Assembly (NCBI RefSeq): GCF_001194135.2
Contig: NC_068985.1
Coordinates: 99,352,298-99,397,274, forward strand
Origin: Octopus bimaculoides
Lineage: Eukaryota
Reading direction: 5' to 3'
DNA length: 44,977 bases
Made by a program: the position numbers and the translations under genes. Below are positions 37,203 to 44,977 of this stretch, piece after piece (within the stretch, counting starts at the first letter, position 1; the number at the start of each line of letters is the position of its first letter). The notes under the pieces were generated by a model, which searched no databases, was not told the DNA's origin, and worked only from the letters and a program-made list of their open reading frames with translations.

Positions 37203-38046
37203 TTCTTGTATATATGCATACACACCCACACACAGATATATTTACATATATATATATATNNNNNNNNNNNNNNNNNNNNNNNNNNNNNNNNNNNNNNNNN
37301 NNNNNNNNNNNNNNNNNNNNNNNNNNNNNNNNNNNNNNNNNNNNNNNNNNNNNNNNNNNNNNNNNNNNNNNNNNNNNNNNNNNNNNNNNNNNNNNNNNNN
37401 NNNNNNNNNNNNNNNNNNNNNNNNNNNNNNNNNNNNNNNNNNNNNNNNNNNNNNNNNNNNNNNNNNNNNNNNNNNNNNNNNNNNNNNNNNNNNNNNNNNN
37501 NNNNNNNNNNNNNNNNNNNNNNNNNNTATATATATATATAATTACATGTATATATATGTATGTATATATCTATGTATATGTATGTATGTATATATGTATG
37601 TGTGTGTGTTATACGTATGTATTGATTGTATAGGTGTGTGCTAATGTAGACATGCTTACGTTCGAAAACAAAAGCACGCACACATATACACACATGTGTA
37701 TGAATGTATGCATATAAGCATGATTATAAATTTCAGAGTTTATAATTTTATAGTGCCTTTTATATTTCTCGCTTTGTTTAAATAGGGGATTGCAGCACGG
37801 GCAAAATTTCCTCTTATATTCGGTGCAATATTGTATATTTTAGGCAATATATAGACACACAAAGCAAAATCGAGTTATTATTCTGCGAAATGTTTGCACA
37901 TCTATAGAAATTTGTTCAAGTACTTTGTATTTGTTTGACAATACAAGCAAAAGTGCCGGAGAACATATATACTTCTGTTTACTTTGGTAAATCCTAGAAT
38001 ACTGCTTGTAGTGATTCTTATGACAAACTGGCATGTGTATATACCT

Positions 38047-38160
<114 letters not shown>

Positions 38161-38745
38161 TCGTAGAGATATATATCTGCACACACACATACATATATAT
38201 TTATTTTTACATCCATAGACCTATAAATATGTTTATGCATTTATATGTATATGAATTTATACATACATACATACATATATATATAAAGATATACAGAGGT
38301 ACATATATATGTATATTATATGTACGTACGTAAGCATGAGTGCCGTGCATTATATATGGGTGTATATAACTGTGTAGGCATATATATATTCTTACACAGT
38401 AATATACACCTACCACATATTGAAGTATTTTTTAAAAATGAAATTTCTTCAAAATAATCTTTGTTTTCTTTTGTGATTATTTTGTTTTTATTATATAATT
38501 TCTTTGCTTTTTGTACATCCTCGCAAATTCCTTTCGGCAGAAATGGTTCGATTCTGCCATATTTCTTCGAACGTATTCTATTGTTTAGCTTTGTAGAATT
38601 GATGACTTTAAGAAACACATATAATATTCATCTGAAAAACTCTACATTCTTCAGAAATTTTCACAAGCTGGAAGTAAGAAATAATGATAAATAACGATAA
38701 ATTCAAATTACATTGTGTTTGGGAAAAAATGTTATTGTTGTTGTT

Positions 38746-38984
38746 GGCGGTGAGCTGGCAAAACCGTTAGCACGCTGGGCGAAATGCTTAGCGGTAGTTC
38801 TTACGTTCTGTGTTCAAATTCCGCCGAGGACGACTTTGCCATTCATCCTTTCGGCATCAATAAATTAAGTGCCATGTGAGTATTGGGGTTGATCAAATCG
38901 ACTGCCCCCACCCCATCACCAAACTTTGAGGCCTAGGACCTAAAGTAGAAATAGCAAAAATCAAAACTATTATTATCATTATTA

Positions 38985-39024
<40 letters not shown>

Positions 39025-39040
39025 CATTATTATTATTATT
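38746..39040 (+). mobile_element. SINE group C with intact head, followed by an (ATT)n tract (~38968-39040)
   Basis: GGCGGTGAGCTGGCAAAACCGTTAGCACGCTGGGCGAAATGCTTAGCGG...GTTCAAATTCCGCCGAGGACGACTTTGCC...GACCTAAAGTAGAAA. Confidence 0.88.
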
Positions 39041-39104
39041 ACTGAGTGAGAAAGCAGTGCATGCCATGAAAGTGATACTGGGGTAAAATTTACTTCACAC
39101 AACA

Positions 39105-39593
39105 AATCAATATTTGCAATATTTCAGCTGTTTACTGTCAACATCTAATGAAACTGGAGGAAGCCCATCAAAGAAAAACGGCCAGAATTGGCAAATCGTA
39201 AAGGAATTGTGTTCCATCATAAGAACGGTAGACCACATACGTCTTTGCTAACTCATGAACAATTATTGAAGAATGGTTGGGAAGTGAAGTCATATCCACC
39301 ATATAGCCCTGAACCTGCATCATCAGATTACCAGTTATTTCGAAGTTTGCAAAATTACTTCAACGGTAAAACATTCAATAATGATGATTACCTGAAATCA
39401 CACTTGCTTCAGTTTTCGGCTGATAAGGACCAGAAGTTATATGAGCACGAAATCGTAAAGTTACCAGAAAGATGGCAAAATATTATCGGAGAAACTGGAA
39501 ATCTATAATTGATTAATGTGTACTCTGTGTATGAAAAACAATGACTTATTTCACCCTAAAAAACCGAAATTATTTTCTTACTAACCCAATATA
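39105..39593 (+). mobile_element. Mariner DNA transposon 3' fragment (defective D,D34D transposase C-terminus, right TIR, TA)
   Basis: ISAVYCQHLMKLEEA/(frameshift)IKEKRPELANRKGIVFHHKNGRPH...YPPYSPEPASSDYQLFRSLQN...KLPERWQNII matches the mariner HDNARPH and YSPDLAPSD motifs, with the second catalytic D changed to K. It ends AAAAACCGAAATTATTTTCTTACTAACCCAATA|TA. Confidence 0.9.
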
Positions 39594-39602
39594 TGTAAGT
39601 GA

Positions 39603-39643
<41 letters not shown>

Positions 39644-40264
39644 NNNNNNNNNNATATATATATATATATATATATATATGAAGAATAATAATAAATGGAG
39701 CAATCTGCGTATGTAAAATGGTTCCGTGAAGAGAAAATTACATGTATAATAACATCTTTTATTCCTTTGCATTAGAGTGCATATTATTTTTGAAGCATGT
39801 GTCGGAATTAAAGGAACTTATTTATTATATGCGTTTTGCTCCATTTATTATATATGTATATATGTATATATATATAAGTGTTAAAGAGGACAACAAACGT
39901 TAAGGCAAGGTAAACATCTTAAGTAATATACATCATTATTATTGGGAAAAAAATCAATGTCTTAGCGCTGTTTCTGGGATATACTAGAGTATGAGATATT
40001 CCGTCATCGGAGATAAAGAGTGAAAATGTGAAGGGTATAAATTAATGAAATGATGTCATAGAGGACAGGAGTAAAGGAATAAGGAGATGAAGAAAGAGAA
40101 GGAGAAAGAAGCGTAAAAGTTCGCAGTTCAACTTTCCGATCTTGTAGAAATAAGTTCAGAAGTCCTTTAGTGCAATACTGCGTAAATCGATGTTCCTTAA
40201 AGTCTTGATATTGTAGACATCCAGAAAGAAAACGCGAACATATCAACGTTCAATAATAGAATGC

Positions 40265-40434
40265 TATACACATATACGACAGGCTTCTTTCAGTTTCCCT
40301 GTACAAAATTCAGTCACTAGGCTTTGGTCGGCCCGAGGCTATAGGCACTTGCCCAGGGTACCACGCAGTGCGACTGAACCGGGAACCATATGGTTTGGAA
40401 GCACGCTTCTTACCACACAACCACTCCTCCGCCT
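40265..40434 (-). mobile_element. SINE group A, 5' half (tRNA-like head)
   Basis: The minus strand reads GGAGTGGTTGTGTGGTAAGAAGCGTGCTT...GGTTCAGTCGC...TACCCTGGGCAAGTGCC...GCCTCGGGCCGACCAAAGCC, matching 32980-33136. Confidence 0.85.
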
Positions 40435-40460
40435 ATGTGCTAGTTTCTCAAATTTCTTTA

Positions 40461-40630
40461 AGGTGGGTGAGCTGAGAGAATTGTCAGCACGCCTGGCGAA
40501 ATACTTGATAATATTTCATCATTCTCTACTATCTGAGTTCAAATAACATGAATGTTGAGCATTAGGATCGATATAGTCGCCTGCCTTCTCCCACAAATTT
40601 CAGGCTTTGCTCCTAGTTTAGAGAGGATTT
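40461..40630 (+). mobile_element. SINE group C, diverged, internally deleted
   Basis: AGGTGGGTGAGCTGAGAGAATTGTCAGCACGCCTGGCGAAAT...CTGAGTTCAAAT...AAATTTCAGGCTTTGCTCCTAG. Confidence 0.65.
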
Positions 40631-43499
40631 CAGTTTGTTTTGTCCTTTTTCTTCAAACTATTGAGTTAGAAACTATTCAGTATATTTTGTGTTTTTTCGT
40701 ATATTTTCCACATTTTTCTCTTGCTTTATATAAGAAAAAGATTTTTGTTGGATAAACTGCCATATAATACAACTGTTATTTCGTTTTACGACGAACCCAC
40801 ACATTCAGTGTTTATGTAAACATCTATATTTTCCTTTAAAAAATAACATGGATTTCTTGTGAAGCTTGCACTCTGTAGAGGTGAATGAGAAGTTGCTAGT
40901 AATGCTAAGAATGCAGGGAAACATTCGCCTGGTTTATGTCTTACAAAGAAGAAAAAATATAGATATAGAAATTGAAGATGGGAAGAATATGGCAACGGAA
41001 TGCTGCTAGATTCATTTCTAATTTTACACAGACTGCACGAAGAAAAAAATATTTTTTATTATCACTAATGCAGCAGGAATAAAAATGTGAACAACGAAAT
41101 GGATAGCAGGAAGAAGGACGACAACAAAACTGTCAACAAACAAAACATACAGAAGCAACAAAAGCATCTACGTCAACAACAAGTAGCAAATGGATAAATA
41201 TCTTGTTTTGAAACTAAACATGAAAGGCAGTTACACAGCAGTAATAGGAAGAATTTGGGGATTGTGCAACCTGGAATGAAGATGCGCTGTGCTGGAAGAG
41301 TAAACTTAATCTGAAAAGGGATTATGAGTAACTATAATTTACGAAGTTATAAAATGCAGGCAAAGGTTGTTGCATGCCAACTCCAGCTCAAATAGACAAA
41401 TGTCTTGGTGAAGTCGCTTTTATATATTTGATCCATCCATATGTAAACAGCACGGTATTGACAACCATCTGCATCAGCGAGGAAGGTAAGCGATTTATGA
41501 TCACAACCATTTGCAGTTCCCAGCATTTTGATTCGCTGCCACTGTACATCCGGTTATGGAAAGCTATCTTCAAATTTACCCCACTGTGCCACCTGAGATT
41601 GAGGCAACTTGAACGATGGTAATTGAATAAAAGGTAGAGATAATAAGACTGAAATCTACCAATCCCAGGACGTGTCGAAAGAACTGTCGTGGGTCACTGT
41701 TTTGCATGCATACATATACACATACACACGCATATATATACATACATACATATATATATATATANNNNNNNNNNNNNNNNNNNNNNNNNNNNNNNNNNNN
41801 NNNNNNNNNNNNNNNNNNNNNNNNNNNNNNNNNNNNNNNNNNNNNNNNNNNNNNNNNNNNNNNNNNNNNNNNNNNNNNNNNNNNNNNNNNNNNNNNNNNN
41901 NNNNNNNNNNNNNNNNNNNNNNTATGGTAAAAAGCTGTGAAAACACTCCATACGTTCACTGTCGCTTTCTCTCGGGAATTTCACACATGGATGTTTCGAG
42001 TTTATTGAATCTTGTCGATGAGATGTACTTAACCATGAACGAACTGATAAAGCTTATAGGTTTATATATAATTCAGCCAAAACTTTGACTGATTTTGGGC
42101 TAGTAGATCGCCTGATCCAGAAAAATATCGGAGTATCGGAGTAATTGCGCTAAGCAGTATTTACGTAAAATCACAATTTAGGTTAGTTTAGATATGTTTG
42201 TCACATATTTCAACTGCTAAAAGCAAATCGAATGAAGAAGGTGCTAAGGACGACTGGAAAAAATAGCTGCGAATACAAAGTTCAACAAAGAGGAAAGTCA
42301 GTGAGTAGTGGGTAAATAGCTAATTGATCCAAGAGGTCACAAAATTTGGCAGTCCGATAGCAAGCGAGAGGCAAAAATAAAGAAGAAAATATAGAAGGTA
42401 GCCAACATGCCAAACACACCAACAAGCAATATCTTCCACTTCGCCTTAATAGTTTTTTTCGGTATTCTTTTTACATTGACACAATCTTATTCAATTTAAT
42501 CCCATACGGGGTCGACATGAGAAGATAAGATGCATTAGCATATATTAGATATACAAGTGCACAAGAAAGGAAGTTTCAGTCAGTTGATTCATATGTTAGC
42601 AATAGCAACAAGTCTTGAGTTAAATTAAAATCACATGCGATATTTGTGAATTGCATGTATGCTATATCTGAATCCAAAAGTAAATGTTGCTCGTGGTTAA
42701 ATATTGTTATTATGTCGTCTCTATCAATAGATACTTTTGGCTAAACACAACAACGGCAACAACATTTTATGCTTGCTGAAAACATCAGCAAACATTAGTA
42801 GATATGAGATATACAGGGTGCTCCCGATGATTGAAATGTGGTTGCCTATTCGGCCTTTTGCAAACTTATTTCTACTTTATTGCGCTCCCATTCAATTTTT
42901 ATTAGATGCATCTATAAATATTTCTAAATATTAATATTATATGGAAATATTATAAAGGTGCGAATATCAATAACTTTCAACCTGCTATTCAGCTTCTGGC
43001 AATAAGTGAGATATGAAAGCTATTTAAATTCCCTCTGGCTAAAAGTAGATACTTTCAATCTTATGTGCTTTTCTTTTGCCCTCCGTAACATCTAGCATAG
43101 CAAAGTAAATGATTTAAAAACCCTCGCTGCCTTTCATCCGGTGTGCGTGTCACATATATTTGTCAGCTGTTTCTTGCTAAATTCTATATGATCAAAAAAG
43201 CAACATTCTTGCATTTTAATAGCATTTTAGAGTAACATTGGACCTGTATTTCTTACTTTATGCACTTTGTCCTTTTTCTCCTTTATATATATATTCGCAT
43301 AAAATGTGTTCGTCTTTCTCACTGAAAGTTATAAAAATCTAGATTTCCATTTTTAAAAATCATTTTCTCAAAATTTTTACTTAATATCACTTCTGAAGTT
43401 GTAACACAATTTTAGCATACCATCCTACTTTAATAAATTACCAATTTAATATATATTTTCATCATTATCAGCTGTTTATTTAATTTTACATGGGTACAT

Positions 43500-43502
43500 G
43501 CA

Positions 43503-43547
<45 letters not shown>

Positions 43548-43632
43548 GTCTTTCTGCTGACGCCATCATCACCACCACCACCAACAACAAGGACAACAAC
43601 AACAACAACAACAACAGCAGCAGCAGCAACAG
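43500..43632. repeat. (ATCT)n followed by (CAC)n/(CAA)n/(CAG)n microsatellites
   Basis: Directly visible. Confidence 0.9.
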
Positions 43633-43888
43633 TTCAACTCAACCTTTGCTCTCTTCACCANNNNNNNNNNNNNNNNNNNNNNNNNNNNNNNNNNNNNNNN
43701 NNNNNNNNNNNNNNNNNNNNNNNNNNNNNNNNNNNNNNNNNNNNNNNNNNNNNNNNNNNNNNNNNNNNNNNNNNNNNNNNNNNNNNNNNNNNNNNNNNNN
43801 NNNNNNNNNNNNNNNNNNNNNNNNNNNNNNNNNNNNNNNNNNNNNNNNNNNNNNNNNNNNNNNNNNNNNNNNNNNNNNNNNNNNNNNA

Positions 43889-44977
43889 ATACAAGCCACA
43901 ACACCACTGAAACAGTCACAAATACCACATCTGCCACCAATACCAGTGCCAGCACCAGCAACAACAATAATAACAATAACAAAAATAAAAACTTTGCTGA
44001 AGCTTTGAAGCAAAGTGAAACTGCTGTGTCCTACACAACAAAAGAAATAATAGAAATGAGAAAATTAATCACCAAAGAAAGCGGTGAAATACACTTAAAC
44101 ATACCACAACACATATTAGAGGAAACAAGTAGAAAAACAATAATATATAAAATAATAAACACCAAAAGTAGAAGGCCGGAACAGGCCAGTATAGACAAAA
44201 TTCAAAAATGTTTGCAATTAATTTGGGATAAAAAAACATATATTACTTGGTATAGACTTGCACAGGTACAAGTGATTTTTCGAAATGAAGAGTTGGCGAA
44301 GAGGTATTCAACGCTAACACTTCACACACCAGAAATAACAATGTTACCCAGTTACCTTGGCTAAAAGGTAACAAAGGTAACAATAAAGCACGCACCTCAA
44401 CAATAGACACACTATGGTTGATATCAGCCATATGTGTCGACATGGACNNNNNNNNNNAATTAACAAAGAAGACGAAAAAAGAAAAGACAATACAAAAACT
44501 GATACCCTTCCCCCACATCACTTACAACACAACCAAAAATTCAACAACCAAAAACAACAAAAACAACAACACAACCACTTACACATGCAAACACAGATCC
44601 ATACAACATGCCCCTACCTCCTTCCGATTCCTCATAGTTTTCATCTGAAGACGAGCCAAGTAATGAGGAATGGAAAATAGTCCAAAAAGGAAGGAGGAAG
44701 AGGAGCAAAAAAAGAAAAACGAACAACAACAAAGCAGAGAGATTCACATCTCCCGAAAACACTCCCAACTCCTACATGATAGACACCCATAATAACACAC
44801 CAAAAACAATGCTAACAGCAATAGACACTACAAACACAGAGTTGATGAAATATATCAACTCTAAAACAAACATCACAAATAACGACATCAAAACAAACAA
44901 ACAACCACCCGCGCACAACACCGCCAAAACACATTAAAATTTATCATGTAACACCAGCATTACACCACAAAATAAAA
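43889..44977 (+). mobile_element. Possible decayed ORF1-like region of a LINE (unclassified), running off the window
   Basis: Gap-free 119-aa frame (44005-44364, ...QVQVIFRNEELAKRYSTLTLHTPEITMLPSYLG*) that continues in protein-like fashion past the stop, with strong A/C strand skew to the window end as in LINE sense strands. No diagnostic motif was recognised. Confidence 0.4.

Noticed and set aside
41374-41622. 82-aa ORF containing a strong AAG|GTAAGC donor near 41487
   Set aside because: No recognisable product and no convincing acceptor.

Overview
AT-rich, repeat-saturated metazoan genomic DNA with 18 assembly gaps (about 6 kb of N), most flanked by (TA)n/(CA)n microsatellites. The SINE repertoire and microsatellite load look like a coleoid cephalopod, most likely an Octopus draft assembly (inference from recalled repeat families, not a search). 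I could not identify any host protein-coding exon with confidence, so the window reads as intronic or intergenic, and most long ORFs in the track are microsatellite or N-gap artefacts. The sequence supports about 18 copies or fragments of three tRNA-derived SINE groups. It also supports decayed fragments of several autonomous elements: a CRE-like RLE retrotransposon (~2.1-2.4 kb), a Penelope-like GIY-YIG element (~12.2-13.0 kb), an R4/Dong-like RT+CCHC+RLE retrotransposon (~35.6-37.1 kb), a mariner transposase 3' end with TIR (~39.1-39.6 kb) and a possible LINE ORF1 at the right end. Two long fold-back inverted repeats lie side by side at 10.76-11.51 kb. The most notable signal is a near-canonical type I hammerhead ribozyme on the minus strand at 31336-31434, with a palindromic stem III of the Penelope/retrozyme kind. 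A second, decayed minimal hammerhead-like motif lies at 17984-18019. All alignments and folds were done by eye.
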